Below are positions 16,034 to 25,307 of a DNA stretch of 64,000 bases, one piece after another (position 1 is the stretch's first letter; every line of letters starts with the position of its first letter). The stretch covers positions 13,700-77,699 of the forward strand of contig CAMCES010000002.1 in the NCBI GenBank assembly GCA_945873925.1. Direction: 5' to 3'. Position numbers and translations under genes: made by a program. The notes beneath the pieces were generated by a model. The model had not been told where the DNA came from. It saw only the letters and a list, made by a program, of their open reading frames with translations, and did no database searches. This stretch comes from Bordetella parapertussis. Its GTDB lineage: Bacteria; Pseudomonadota; Gammaproteobacteria; Burkholderiales; Burkholderiaceae_C.

Positions 16034-16486
16034 ATGGCAACCAATCTTGATCAATCCAACAACCTTGTGATCGGAAACGGCGTGATTTTCAAGGGCACGC
16101 TCAACGTGCCGAAAAAAGCAACTGTCTACGGCACCATCGACGGTGAGCTCACTGCCGAAGAAATTTTCATAGGCCAGTCCGGCAAGATCTCCGGTAAAGT
16201 CACTGCCCGCAGCATCGAGGTCGAAGGTGAATTGCACCAAGTTATCCATTGCCGCGACCACCTGCACATCCGCTCCTCAGGCAAGGTGTCAGGCAAGTTG
16301 GAATATTCACAAATTCAAATCGAGCGGGGTGGAGAGTTTCGAGGCGAAATGCAGCAAGTGGGCGCACCACCGGTTTACCCTTCTGCTCCAGGCAATGCCG
16401 GCATGCAAGCCATCAGCCCAACCGCGACCAACACACCTGCTGTGACAACCAGCTCTGTAACAGGCAACAACAAACCTACTTCTTAA
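16034..16486 (+). CDS. bactofilin family cytoskeletal protein, copy 2
   Basis: MATNLDQSNNLVIGNGVIFKGTLNVPKKATVYGTIDGEL...KLEYSQIQIERGGEFRGEM aligns without gaps to copy 1, with 49 of 108 core residues identical by hand count. The C-terminal tail is Pro/Thr/Ala-rich. Confidence 0.85.
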   Translation: MATNLDQSNNLVIGNGVIFKGTLNVPKKATVYGTIDGELTAEEIFIGQSGKISGKVTARSIEVEGELHQVIHCRDHLHIRSSGKVSGKLEYSQIQIERGGEFRGEMQQVGAPPVYPSAPGNAGMQAISPTATNTPAVTTSSVTGNNKPTS

Positions 16487-16889
16487 ACGGATCTTCGCAG
16501 GGGGCTTCAGACGTGTATTTCATGCACAGGCAACTGAAGCCAAAGTTCTTCAGGCCGGCCTTGTCAATGTCTCGCACACTGACGCGCCGCTTGGTATTGG
16601 AGGGAACGTAGAGCTTGGGCTCAAAGGCTTGGTTGCGTTTCCTGCCGTCTTTGAATTCAAAACTCGCGCCGGTACAAAAAATCGGCCCACTCAATTGGTT
16701 GCCAACCTCAAACATCATCAATTTGGGGTCATCACTCGACCAACCCGATTGAATGCTGAGGTTTCGCAGTTCAGCGGCCGTCAGTTCGGTCTGGATCATC
16801 TTGGGCGCGCTGCTGAACCAGCCCATGGCCTGGGCGGTTGCACACCCTAAGCCTATCGCCAATGCAGCGGCCAGTCTGATGCAGTTCAT
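16476..16889 (-). CDS. hypothetical secreted Cys-containing protein
   Basis: 137 aa with a signal peptide (MNCIRLAAALAIGLGCATAQA). The start overlaps the upstream dehalogenase stop as ATGA. I recognise no family. Confidence 0.5.
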   Translation of the reverse strand: MNCIRLAAALAIGLGCATAQAMGWFSSAPKMIQTELTAAELRNLSIQSGWSSDDPKLMMFEVGNQLSGPIFCTGASFEFKDGRKRNQAFEPKLYVPSNTKRRVSVRDIDKAGLKNFGFSCLCMKYTSEAPCEDPFKK

Positions 16890-17572
16890 AGCAAAGGCAA
16901 GATATCGCTGAGCATGGCCCCGCTGTGGGTGGGGCGCGGGCCAAGCGTCTCAAATGGCAGCCCTTGCCGGTTGACCCAAAAACTTTTGAATCCAAACCAG
17001 GTAGCACCCAAAGCATCCCAGCTGTTGCTGGAGACAAAAAGCACTTCACGGATGTCAATCGGGTAATGGTCTGCAACCAAAGCGTAGCTTTGAGGCGATG
17101 TTTTGTACTGTCTGACTTCGTCTACCGACAGCAGCTTGTCAATCAATCCGTCCATTTTGGCGCTGCTGACAGCTGCACTGAGCATGTCTGGGCTGCCATT
17201 GGACAAGATGGCGCAACGCATGCCTCTGGCTTTGAGTTGTTGCAGTACCAGCAGGTTTTCTGGAAAAGCATCCAGATGCGCGTATTGATCCATGAGTTGT
17301 TTTTGTTTGGCGGGCGTTAATTCAAGTTGCAGGCGTTGGCAGGCGTACTGCAAGGCCAAGCGGGTGATGTCCCAAAAAGATTGATAGTGCCGACTTCCCA
17401 TGGGGTTGATCGGATCACTTAAAGTGATTAATCGGCTGTACTCGATTTGTTTATCGCGCCAGCCCACCGACAACGCTTGCCCCTGACCAGGAAAAAGCGT
17501 CTCGGCCAATGTACCAACCGAATACACATCGAACAAAGTGCCGTAGGCATCAAAAACAACCAATCGAATCAT
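16886..17572 (-). CDS. haloacid dehalogenase, type II (HAD superfamily)
   Basis: MIRLVVFDAYGTLFDV, WRDKQIEYS, AILSNGSPDML, YKTSPQSY and LFVSSNSWD closely follow the L-2-haloacid dehalogenase pattern. Confidence 0.85.
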   Translation of the reverse strand: MIRLVVFDAYGTLFDVYSVGTLAETLFPGQGQALSVGWRDKQIEYSRLITLSDPINPMGSRHYQSFWDITRLALQYACQRLQLELTPAKQKQLMDQYAHLDAFPENLLVLQQLKARGMRCAILSNGSPDMLSAAVSSAKMDGLIDKLLSVDEVRQYKTSPQSYALVADHYPIDIREVLFVSSNSWDALGATWFGFKSFWVNRQGLPFETLGPRPTHSGAMLSDILPLL

Positions 17573-17657
17573 CTGGGCCCTTTGAATCTGTTTGCATGTT
17601 AGTGGAGTTCAAGGCGGTGAGCCACGCGCCTGAAAATCGGCATCGTATACTTTATCT

Positions 17658-18098
17658 ATGAAAATTCTCGTCTTGAATGGACCCAACCTCAATTTGCTGG
17701 GCACCCGAGAGCCCGACCAATACGGTCAGGCCAGTTTGGCCCAAGTCCAGCAGTTATGCGAGCAAACCGTCCGAGCATTGGGCCATGAATTGGAGTTCTT
17801 TCAAAGCAACCACGAAGGCGTGCTGATTGACAAAATCCATGCGGCCGGTCAGGCGCACCAAGCAGGGGAGTTGCTCGGTGCAGTCTTCAATCCCGGCGCA
17901 CTCACCCACACGTCAGTGGCTTTGCATGATGCCATCAAAGGCACGGGGCTGCCTGTGGTGGAAGTGCACATTTCCAATGTGCATGCGCGTGAGGCTTTTC
18001 GCCACCATTCCTTCATCTCCCCAGTGGCGGCAGGCGTGGTGGTTGGTTTGGGTATCCAGGGTTATGTCCTGGCCATCCAGGGACTGGTCAGTCTTTGA
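17658..18098 (+). CDS. aroQ: 3-dehydroquinate dehydratase, type II
   Basis: MKILVLNGPNLNLLGTREPDQYG...FQSNHEGVLID...NPGALTHTSVALHDA...VEVHISNVHAREAFRHHS is the canonical AroQ sequence. Confidence 0.95.
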   Translation: MKILVLNGPNLNLLGTREPDQYGQASLAQVQQLCEQTVRALGHELEFFQSNHEGVLIDKIHAAGQAHQAGELLGAVFNPGALTHTSVALHDAIKGTGLPVVEVHISNVHAREAFRHHSFISPVAAGVVVGLGIQGYVLAIQGLVSL

Positions 18099-18420
18099 CC
18101 ACCCGGCAAGGGCCTTTGATTCTTCTGGTCTCTCTCAACCCCTCACAACGCTCCATGGCCTTGCGCTCGGCCACCGCAGACATCTTGACGTAAATAGAGC
18201 AGGTGAAAATCATTTTTTCTTGAGCCAGGTTGCTGTCATAGGCCACGACGCAGCGGCCGATGTCGCCTAAATTGGGACGTTCATTTTTATACGCCTCTTG
18301 CAAAGCGTTTGGTAAGTCAAGCAAGGGTACGCCGGGGTAGTCATAGGGTTCAGCTTGGATGACGTCAAGCAACATACCAGACAGCAACAAGGCTGATAAA
18401 TAACGCTTTACTTTGTTCAT
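18088..18420 (-). CDS. hypothetical secreted 4-Cys protein
   Basis: 110 aa with a signal peptide (MNKVKRYLSALLLSGMLLDVIQA). The C-terminus TCSIYVKMSAVAERKAMERCEGLRETRRIKGPCRVVKD resembles the C-terminus of the 5640-6164 product. Confidence 0.5.
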   Translation of the reverse strand: MNKVKRYLSALLLSGMLLDVIQAEPYDYPGVPLLDLPNALQEAYKNERPNLGDIGRCVVAYDSNLAQEKMIFTCSIYVKMSAVAERKAMERCEGLRETRRIKGPCRVVKD

Positions 18421-18549
18421 CCCCTATATTAAGCCTTTTCGGTGCAGACGCGTACGCTGGCGAATCCACACCCAGTCATCCCATTTGATGTGTGTGGCGT
18501 TAAGGGAAGAACGGCAACTTCATTTACCCTTCAACTTAAGGACTCCTCC

Positions 18550-18945
18550 ATGAAAAAGTCATTTGCGGCCCTGTTGATTTGTCTGTGTTTTGGCCAGTCA
18601 GCTGTCATGGCCGATCCTGGCCGCTGGCACAAGCAACGCATGGATGTCATCCGCACAGCACCCCATACCCATGGCAACCAAGGCTACCGTGGTCATTTTG
18701 GTGGCCGAGGAGGGCACCACGGTCACCGTCACCATGGCTTGGGTTGGGCGCCCTGGGTATCGGCTGCGGTGATTGGCGGCACACTGTATTGGTCAGGCAC
18801 ATATGTCCAGCCAAGCACCACGGTCATTGTTTCACCGCCAGTTGCTGTTGAGCCAGCCAGGGTGGTGTATTTTTGTCAAACCAGCCAGCAGTACTATCCA
18901 GATGTGCCGGTTTGCAATGTGCCTTGGCAAATGGTGTCTTACTGA
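18550..18945 (+). CDS. secreted His/Gly-rich protein with C-terminal Cys-YYP motif
   Basis: The ATG at 18550 follows AAGGAC. The signal peptide is MKKSFAALLICLCFGQSAVMA. HTHGNQGYRGHFGGRGGHHGHRHHG is His/Gly-rich. The C-terminus is VVYFCQTSQQYYPDVPVCNVPWQMV. Confidence 0.55.
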   Translation: MKKSFAALLICLCFGQSAVMADPGRWHKQRMDVIRTAPHTHGNQGYRGHFGGRGGHHGHRHHGLGWAPWVSAAVIGGTLYWSGTYVQPSTTVIVSPPVAVEPARVVYFCQTSQQYYPDVPVCNVPWQMVSY

Positions 18946-18952
18946 TTCCCAC

Positions 18953-19882
18953 TCATAGCGGCAAAACTGTTTTTTGACCTTGTCGTTGTGAATGTCGGAT
19001 GGTTCCACCCAGTGTTTCAATCTCAACGCTGGCCCTTTTCCCCTGGTAAACCTTGCGTTTGAGCCAATCTATTTCTTCTTGCAGCGCTTTGTCTGTCGCC
19101 AATTGACGATGCCAGCATTTGATTTCAGGCGCCCAGCGGTAAGCCCTTGACTTCAGGTGATCTTTGGCATCAAAAGGGGCGCCAGTGGCATACAAGCGCA
19201 CTTGGGCTTGGTTCAGGGATTCCAGCAAGGTGAGCAGCACCGATTGCTGGCTTTGTGGCAGCACCAAGGAAAGCAGTTTCAACAGCGCCCAGCAGTCTGT
19301 TTCTGCACGGTGTGCCTCGTAAAAAACACCTTGCATTTGCAACAAATACTCCAACTTGGCAGAATTCACACCCTCGCTCTTCCAGTCAACGTCTCGAATA
19401 CTGCATGCCCAATGTTTGTCAATGAAAACAGGCCAGCGTTTTTCAACAAATGGTCTGTCAAAAGACGCATTGTGAGCGATGACCACTGTGGCAGAACCCA
19501 CCAAGGCATCGACCATGGCGTCCTCAATCCGCTTGCCCTTGACCATCTCATCTGAGATCTGGTGTACGGCCATGCTTTCTGGGGGAATCGGCCGGCCAGG
19601 ATCCTCTAGTTCGTCAAACACATCAACCACCCGGTGAACCCTGCCATTGACTGGGTCGAATTCAAAAACCAACATTCCCAATTCAATCACTGCATCGTTT
19701 TCAATGTTCAAGCCGGTCGTTTCAGTGTCAAGCACGATGCCGCGTTGCAAGACTTGACCAGGAAGCACGGGCCAAATTTCACGCTGTGGTGTGAGGCGTC
19801 TCAGCACTTTGAAATCTGGATGCTGTTCAAGGGCTTGCGCAAGGTGTTCGGCTCTTGAATGCGCGGATTCAGGTGTGTTCAT
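18953..19882 (-). CDS. 3'-5' exonuclease, DnaQ/epsilon-like (DEDDh) with extra C-terminal domain
   Basis: ExoI is VLDTETTGL, ExoII is VIAHNASFDRPF and ExoIII is HRAETDCWAL. About 100 additional C-terminal residues follow. Confidence 0.8.
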   Translation of the reverse strand: MNTPESAHSRAEHLAQALEQHPDFKVLRRLTPQREIWPVLPGQVLQRGIVLDTETTGLNIENDAVIELGMLVFEFDPVNGRVHRVVDVFDELEDPGRPIPPESMAVHQISDEMVKGKRIEDAMVDALVGSATVVIAHNASFDRPFVEKRWPVFIDKHWACSIRDVDWKSEGVNSAKLEYLLQMQGVFYEAHRAETDCWALLKLLSLVLPQSQQSVLLTLLESLNQAQVRLYATGAPFDAKDHLKSRAYRWAPEIKCWHRQLATDKALQEEIDWLKRKVYQGKRASVEIETLGGTIRHSQRQGQKTVLPL

Positions 19883-19931
19883 GGGAGGGTTGTCATTGAC
19901 TGTGATGTCAGCTGCCGTGGTTTTGATGCGG

Positions 19932-21023
19932 TCATGGTTGCTCTTGGCGGGGATGGTTTTTCAAGGCCAACGCGGATTGCTGAATCAAGGAGGGGCCTTG
20001 GTAGATCAGGCCTGTGTAGATTTGTACCAGATCTGCGCCAGCATCAGCCTTCTCCAAAGCGTCTTGACTGCAGAGAATGCCGCCAACACCGATGATGGGA
20101 AAGGACTTCCCCAGTCGCGAGCGCAGTGCGCTGATGACCCGGTTGCTTGCCTCTTTAACCGGTGTGCCAGACAAGCCACCGGTCTCGCTGCCATGAGGCA
20201 GGCCTTGAACCGCGGTTCGACTCAATGTGGTGTTGGTTGCAATCACACCCCAGGCATGGTCTGTGACGGTATCACCTTGCATGCATTGCGATCGAAGCGT
20301 TGAACACAACTGGTTGAGTTGGGCGTCATCCAAGTCCGGGGCAATTTTGATGAACAAAGGCACATGCTTTTGGTGTTGCGAGGCCAGCTGTTGTCTTCTT
20401 TCACTCAGGTGATACAACAATTGGGCAAATGCTTCGTCCGTCTGCAAATGACGCAGGTTTTGTGTGTTGGGGCTGCTGATGTTCACCGTGACATAGTCTG
20501 CATGGGGATAGACCGCGTCCAAACAAACCAGGTAATCTTGTGTGGCATGTTCAATCGGCGTGCTTGCATTTTTCCCAATGTTCAATCCCAGCAGCATGGG
20601 GCTGTCTGATTCGCGCCGAAAGCCTGCTTTTGTCACGTTGTCGGTGAATGCTTGAAGCCCGTCATTGTTAAAGCCCAATCGGTTGATCAGTGCCCTTGCT
20701 GCAGGCAAACGGAACATGCGAGGTTTGGGATTGCCTGGTTGACCAACGGGCGTGACCGTGCCAACCTCCACAAACCCAAAACCCATGGCTGACCAGGCAT
20801 CGATGCAGCGGGCATTTTTGTCCAGACCGGCAGCCAAACCCACGCGATTGGGAAAAGACAAGCCGGCCACTTGAACCGGGTCTGAGACCCTTGTTTGTTG
20901 GTAAGACATGCGCAACCAATGGTGTTGGGTTTTTTCAAGCCAATTCAGTGTGTGCTCATGAACTTGCTCAGCATCGAATGCAAACAAGAGAGGGCGTACC
21001 AAGGGATAGGGCAGCAGGGGCAT
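19932..21023 (-). CDS. pyrD: dihydroorotate dehydrogenase (quinone)
   Basis: The start is trimmed to the ATG at 21023, giving [23 protein letters not shown]. Class 2 PyrD motifs are present: [27 protein letters not shown] and IGVGGI. Confidence 0.9.
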   Translation of the reverse strand: MPLLPYPLVRPLLFAFDAEQVHEHTLNWLEKTQHHWLRMSYQQTRVSDPVQVAGLSFPNRVGLAAGLDKNARCIDAWSAMGFGFVEVGTVTPVGQPGNPKPRMFRLPAARALINRLGFNNDGLQAFTDNVTKAGFRRESDSPMLLGLNIGKNASTPIEHATQDYLVCLDAVYPHADYVTVNISSPNTQNLRHLQTDEAFAQLLYHLSERRQQLASQHQKHVPLFIKIAPDLDDAQLNQLCSTLRSQCMQGDTVTDHAWGVIATNTTLSRTAVQGLPHGSETGGLSGTPVKEASNRVISALRSRLGKSFPIIGVGGILCSQDALEKADAGADLVQIYTGLIYQGPSLIQQSALALKNHPRQEQP

Positions 21024-21073
21024 GGATAATATGGTTTGATTCAACCCTGGAATTGTCACCGATGAGCCCAGCC

Positions 21074-21745
21074 ATGACACAAGATGAACTCAAAGCCCAA
21101 GTAGGCACCGCTGCATTGTCATTTTTGGTCCCCCATGAATGGGTAGGCGTGGGTACTGGCTCGACAGTGAATAAATTCATTGATGCGTTGGCCAAGTCCA
21201 ACATACCGATCAAAGGCGCTGTTTCAAGCTCTGAGGCATCTACCCAACGCATGCAGTCATTGGGAATCACGGTGGTCGATTTGCAGCAGGTCGAACGCCT
21301 GGCGGTCTACATCGACGGGGCCGATGAAATCGATGGCAATGGTTTCATGGTCAAAGGCGGTGGCGCTGCCCTGACACGCGAAAAAATCGTGGCAGCACAA
21401 GCAGACCGATTTGTGTGCATTGCGGATGCCTCCAAAAAGGTGGCGGTGTTGGGTCAGTTCCCGCTGCCTGTTGAAGTCATTCCCATGGCGTGTCCTGAAA
21501 TCATGCGACGGTTCATGACCTTGGGTGGTTCCGCCAGTTTGCGCATGAAAGATGGCCAAGCCTTGGTCACGGACAACGGACAACACCTGTTGGACATCAA
21601 AGGCCTGCAGATCCATCAACCCCTGGCATTCGAGGACATGGTCAGCCAATGGCCTGGCGTGGTCACCGTGGGTGTGTTTGCCCACCAGAGGGCGCATGTT
21701 TGCTTGCTCGGTAGCGACGCTGGAGTTGAAACGATCAGGTATTGA
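21074..21745 (+). CDS. rpiA: ribose-5-phosphate isomerase A
   Basis: [19 protein letters not shown]...[15 protein letters not shown]...DGADEID...[13 protein letters not shown] matches RpiA. An alternative ATG lies at 21062. Confidence 0.9.
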   Translation: MTQDELKAQVGTAALSFLVPHEWVGVGTGSTVNKFIDALAKSNIPIKGAVSSSEASTQRMQSLGITVVDLQQVERLAVYIDGADEIDGNGFMVKGGGAALTREKIVAAQADRFVCIADASKKVAVLGQFPLPVEVIPMACPEIMRRFMTLGGSASLRMKDGQALVTDNGQHLLDIKGLQIHQPLAFEDMVSQWPGVVTVGVFAHQRAHVCLLGSDAGVETIRY

Positions 21746-21756
21746 AGGTGTTTGCC

Positions 21757-23781
21757 TCAAGCCATGCCTTGGTGCCTGAGCAAGGCATCAAGCTGCGGTT
21801 CGCGGCCTCGAAATGCCTTGAAAGAAGCCATGGCTGGTCGACTACCACCTGCCTCTAAGATGGCTTGACGGTAGCGTCGGCCAGTTTCAACACTGTGGCT
21901 GCCATCTGCCTGCACCGTTTCTTCAAATGCAGCATAAGCATCTGCACTCAGCACCTCGGCCCACTTATAGCTGTAGTAGCCTGCGGCATAGCCTCCCGCA
22001 AAAACATGGCTGAATGAATGCGGCATGCGGTTGAAAGCAGGCGGTTGCAGCACAGCAACTTGATCGCGAACTTCTTGCAGTACGCCCAACACATCTTCAC
22101 TGCGTTGAGGTTCGGTATGGATACGCATGTCCAGCAATGCGTATTCAATTTGGCGCAAAGTCTGAAGGCCGCTTTGAAAATTCTTGCCAGCCAGCATCTT
22201 CTCAAACAAGGCGCGAGGCAATGGCTCGCCTGTGTCGACATGGGCGGTCATGTGCCGCAACACAGACCATTCCCAGCAAAAATTCTCCATGAATTGACTG
22301 GGCAACTCGACCGCATCCCATTCAACACCGCTGATGCCAGAGACATCGCGTTCATTGACCTGGGTGAGCATGTGGTGCAAACCGTGGCCAGATTCATGAA
22401 ATAAAGTGATCACATCGTCATGGGTGAGCAAAGGTGGTTGACCATGGACACCCTCCGCGAAATTGCAAACCAGATGCGCGATGGGTGTTTGCAGGCGCTG
22501 GGTATCCGGACGCAGCCAGCGCGCGCGCACATCGTCCATCCATGCGCCACCCCGTTTGCCTTGCCGAGCGCCGGGGTCAAGATAGAACTGCCCCACCAAC
22601 TGGCCTTGACGCTCAATGCGGAAAAACTGCACACTGGGATGCCAAACTGGCGCAGATTCCGAACGGATCTGCACTTCAAACAAAGTTTCAACGATCTTGA
22701 ACAAGCCACTCAAAACCTTGGGTGCGGTGAAATACGGTTTGACTTCCTGTTCGCTGAATGCGTAACGGGCCTCTTTGAGTTTTTCACCAATGAAGGTCCA
22801 GTCCCAGGCCTGGGGATCGGTGATGTTCAAGCTGTCTCGGGCGAAAACACGCATTTCACGGATGTCTTTTTCAGCAAATGGCCTGGCCTTTTTTGCCAAG
22901 TCATGCAAAAACCGAATCACTTGCTCAGGTGATTCGGCCATCTTGCTGGCCAATGAAACCTCAGCGTGATTGGCATAGCCGAGCAACCGGGCTTCCTCTT
23001 GGCGCAAAGCCAATGTCTCTTGCAGCACCAAGGTGTTGTCAAACGCCGGGTGTTCGGATTGGTCCGAAGCACGGGTTGAATAGGCACGGTAGAGTTTTTC
23101 TCGCAAACTGCTGTCGTGGGCGTATTGCATCACAGGCAGGTAGCAGGGCATTTTCAAGCTGAGTTTGTAGCCTGAGACTCCATCGGCCTTGGCTGCATCT
23201 GCAGCCGATTGGCACACATCAGCAGGCACCCCAGCCATCTCAGCCTCGCTGGCCAGGTAAGACCAAGCATCGGTCGCATCCAAAACATGTTCACTGAAGG
23301 ACTGGCTGAGCTCGGCCTGTTTCTCTTGGATGGCTGCAAAACGGACTTTGTCTTCGCCTGCCAACTCCGCACCTGAAAGCACAAAGTTGCGCATGGCCAG
23401 GGTGTGGGCATGTGATTGAGCCGTATCCAATTGCGACACGTCAATCGCTTTGTATTTGGCATACAAAGCTTCATTGGCACCCAATCGGGTCCAAAATTCG
23501 GTGATACGCGGCAATTGAGCGTTATAGGCTGCGCGCAATTCTGGTGTGTCCATGACCGATTGCAAATGGCTCACCATGCCCCAGGCCCGACTCAAGCGCT
23601 CTGTGGCGGTATCAAGGACCTTGGAGATCGCCAACCATTCAGCTGGAAAATCCGGCTTTGTGACGCTCATCAATGCTTGGTCCGCTTGAATAAGCAATTC
23701 TGAAATGGCGGGAGAAACCACCTCAGGCGTAACCTTGTCAAACAAGGGCAAGACTGAGAAATCGAGCAATGGGTTGGACAT
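21757..23781 (-). CDS. prlC: oligopeptidase A (M3 family metallopeptidase)
   Basis: 674 aa with the zinc motif FHESGHGLHH and full-length M3 similarity (FYLDPGARQGKRGGAWMD). Confidence 0.9.
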   Translation of the reverse strand: MSNPLLDFSVLPLFDKVTPEVVSPAISELLIQADQALMSVTKPDFPAEWLAISKVLDTATERLSRAWGMVSHLQSVMDTPELRAAYNAQLPRITEFWTRLGANEALYAKYKAIDVSQLDTAQSHAHTLAMRNFVLSGAELAGEDKVRFAAIQEKQAELSQSFSEHVLDATDAWSYLASEAEMAGVPADVCQSAADAAKADGVSGYKLSLKMPCYLPVMQYAHDSSLREKLYRAYSTRASDQSEHPAFDNTLVLQETLALRQEEARLLGYANHAEVSLASKMAESPEQVIRFLHDLAKKARPFAEKDIREMRVFARDSLNITDPQAWDWTFIGEKLKEARYAFSEQEVKPYFTAPKVLSGLFKIVETLFEVQIRSESAPVWHPSVQFFRIERQGQLVGQFYLDPGARQGKRGGAWMDDVRARWLRPDTQRLQTPIAHLVCNFAEGVHGQPPLLTHDDVITLFHESGHGLHHMLTQVNERDVSGISGVEWDAVELPSQFMENFCWEWSVLRHMTAHVDTGEPLPRALFEKMLAGKNFQSGLQTLRQIEYALLDMRIHTEPQRSEDVLGVLQEVRDQVAVLQPPAFNRMPHSFSHVFAGGYAAGYYSYKWAEVLSADAYAAFEETVQADGSHSVETGRRYRQAILEAGGSRPAMASFKAFRGREPQLDALLRHQGMA

Positions 23782-23782
23782 T

Positions 23783-24637
23783 TCAGGCTGACAGCGTGTG
23801 TTCGGCAGAAGCCAAGGTGTTGACCAGCAGCATGGTGATGGTCATGGGGCCTACACCACCTGGAACCGGTGTGATGAAGCCGGCAACCTGCCTGACAGCT
23901 TCAAAATCCACATCGCCACATAACTTGCCATCCTCATCTCGGTTCATGCCCACATCAAGCACGACTGCGCCTGGTTTGACCATGTCAGCGGTGAGCAAAT
24001 TGCGTTTGCCAACGGCAGCCACGATCACATCGGCCTGTAAGCAAAGGGCTTTCAAATCGGTGGTACCGCTGTGACAAACGGTGACGGTGGCGTTTTGGGC
24101 CAACAGCATCATGGCCATGGGTTTGCCCACGATATTGCTGCGACCAATCACCACCGCATGTTTGCCACGCAATGCGTAGCCAATGTGCTCGAGCATCTTC
24201 ATGCAACCGTGAGGCGTGCAAGGCCAGTACCCGGGCAAGCCAGTCATCAAGGCGCCAGCGCTGGCCACATGGAAACCATCAACATCCTTGTCTGGGGCAA
24301 TGGCCTCAATCACTTTTTGTGCATCGATCTGCGCAGGCAAGGGAAGTTGCACCAAGATACCGTGGATGTTTTTGTCTTGGTTGAGTGCCTCAACCCTTTC
24401 AAGCAGATCGGCTTGTGACATTTGGCTTGGGTACTTTTCCAGCAACGAGTAAATGCCGGCTTGTTCACAGGCTTTGACTTTGTTGCGAACATAGACTTGG
24501 CTGGCGGGATTCTCGCCAACCAGGATCACTGCCAGACCTGGTTGGACACCCTGGGCTTGAAGGTGTTGAACACGTTCAGCCACTTGGGCCCGCATGTGTT
24601 GGGACAGCGCGTTGCCGTCAATGAGTTGAGCTGACAT
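23783..24637 (-). CDS. folD: bifunctional methylenetetrahydrofolate dehydrogenase / methenyl-THF cyclohydrolase
   Basis: [12 protein letters not shown]...[26 protein letters not shown]...[10 protein letters not shown]...[17 protein letters not shown]...[12 protein letters not shown] matches FolD. Confidence 0.95.
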   Translation of the reverse strand: MSAQLIDGNALSQHMRAQVAERVQHLQAQGVQPGLAVILVGENPASQVYVRNKVKACEQAGIYSLLEKYPSQMSQADLLERVEALNQDKNIHGILVQLPLPAQIDAQKVIEAIAPDKDVDGFHVASAGALMTGLPGYWPCTPHGCMKMLEHIGYALRGKHAVVIGRSNIVGKPMAMMLLAQNATVTVCHSGTTDLKALCLQADVIVAAVGKRNLLTADMVKPGAVVLDVGMNRDEDGKLCGDVDFEAVRQVAGFITPVPGGVGPMTITMLLVNTLASAEHTLSA

Positions 24638-24643
24638 GGTCGA

Positions 24644-25273
24644 TCAGGGGGTTTTGCTGGTGGTGGGGCCCAGGGCGATTTTCAAGAGATCGGCCACGGT
24701 GTTGGCGTTGAGTTTTTCCATGATGTTGGCTCGGTGAGCTTCAACGGTTTTGATGCTGATGCCTAAATCGTCTGCAATTTGTTTGTTCAGTCGGCCCGCC
24801 ACGATGCGTTCGAGCACTTGGGCCTCTCGTGCCGTGAGTTTGCCCATCAAGGCATCGCGGTTGGTGGCATTTTGGTGATCAGCAAAAGCATCACGCGCTT
24901 GATCGAGCATGCGTTCAACCACACTGAGCAATTCTTCTTCCTTGAAAGGCTTGGAAATGAAGTCCATCGCCCCTTTTTTCATGGTGTTGACAGCCATGGG
25001 CACGTCTCCATGACCGGTAATGAAAACAATGGGCAGCGGGGATTTGCGCTCAAGCAAGCGGTCTTGCAATTCCAAGCCGGTGATCCCGGGCATGCGTATG
25101 TCAACAATCAAGCACGCAACCTCGCGGGGGTCATAGCGGCTGAGAAAGTTGTCAGCCGAATCAAAACAACGGACGCGGTAGTCTTTGCCTTCGAGCAACC
25201 ACTGTAGAGAGTCGCGAACAGCTTCGTCGTCATCGACCACATAGACGTTGCCTTTTTTCGGAATCAAACTCAT
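24644..25273 (-). CDS. response regulator, FixJ/LuxR-type DNA-binding
   Basis: The receiver domain has VYVVDDDEAV and the phospho-acceptor region LIVDIRMPG. The C-terminal LuxR HTH is LTAREAQVLERIVAGRLNKQIADDLGISIKTVEAHRANIMEKL. Confidence 0.9.
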   Translation of the reverse strand: MSLIPKKGNVYVVDDDEAVRDSLQWLLEGKDYRVRCFDSADNFLSRYDPREVACLIVDIRMPGITGLELQDRLLERKSPLPIVFITGHGDVPMAVNTMKKGAMDFISKPFKEEELLSVVERMLDQARDAFADHQNATNRDALMGKLTAREAQVLERIVAGRLNKQIADDLGISIKTVEAHRANIMEKLNANTVADLLKIALGPTTSKTP

Positions 25274-25307
25274 GTGTTACTCCAGCGTACAAATAAAATG
25301 ACAGAGG

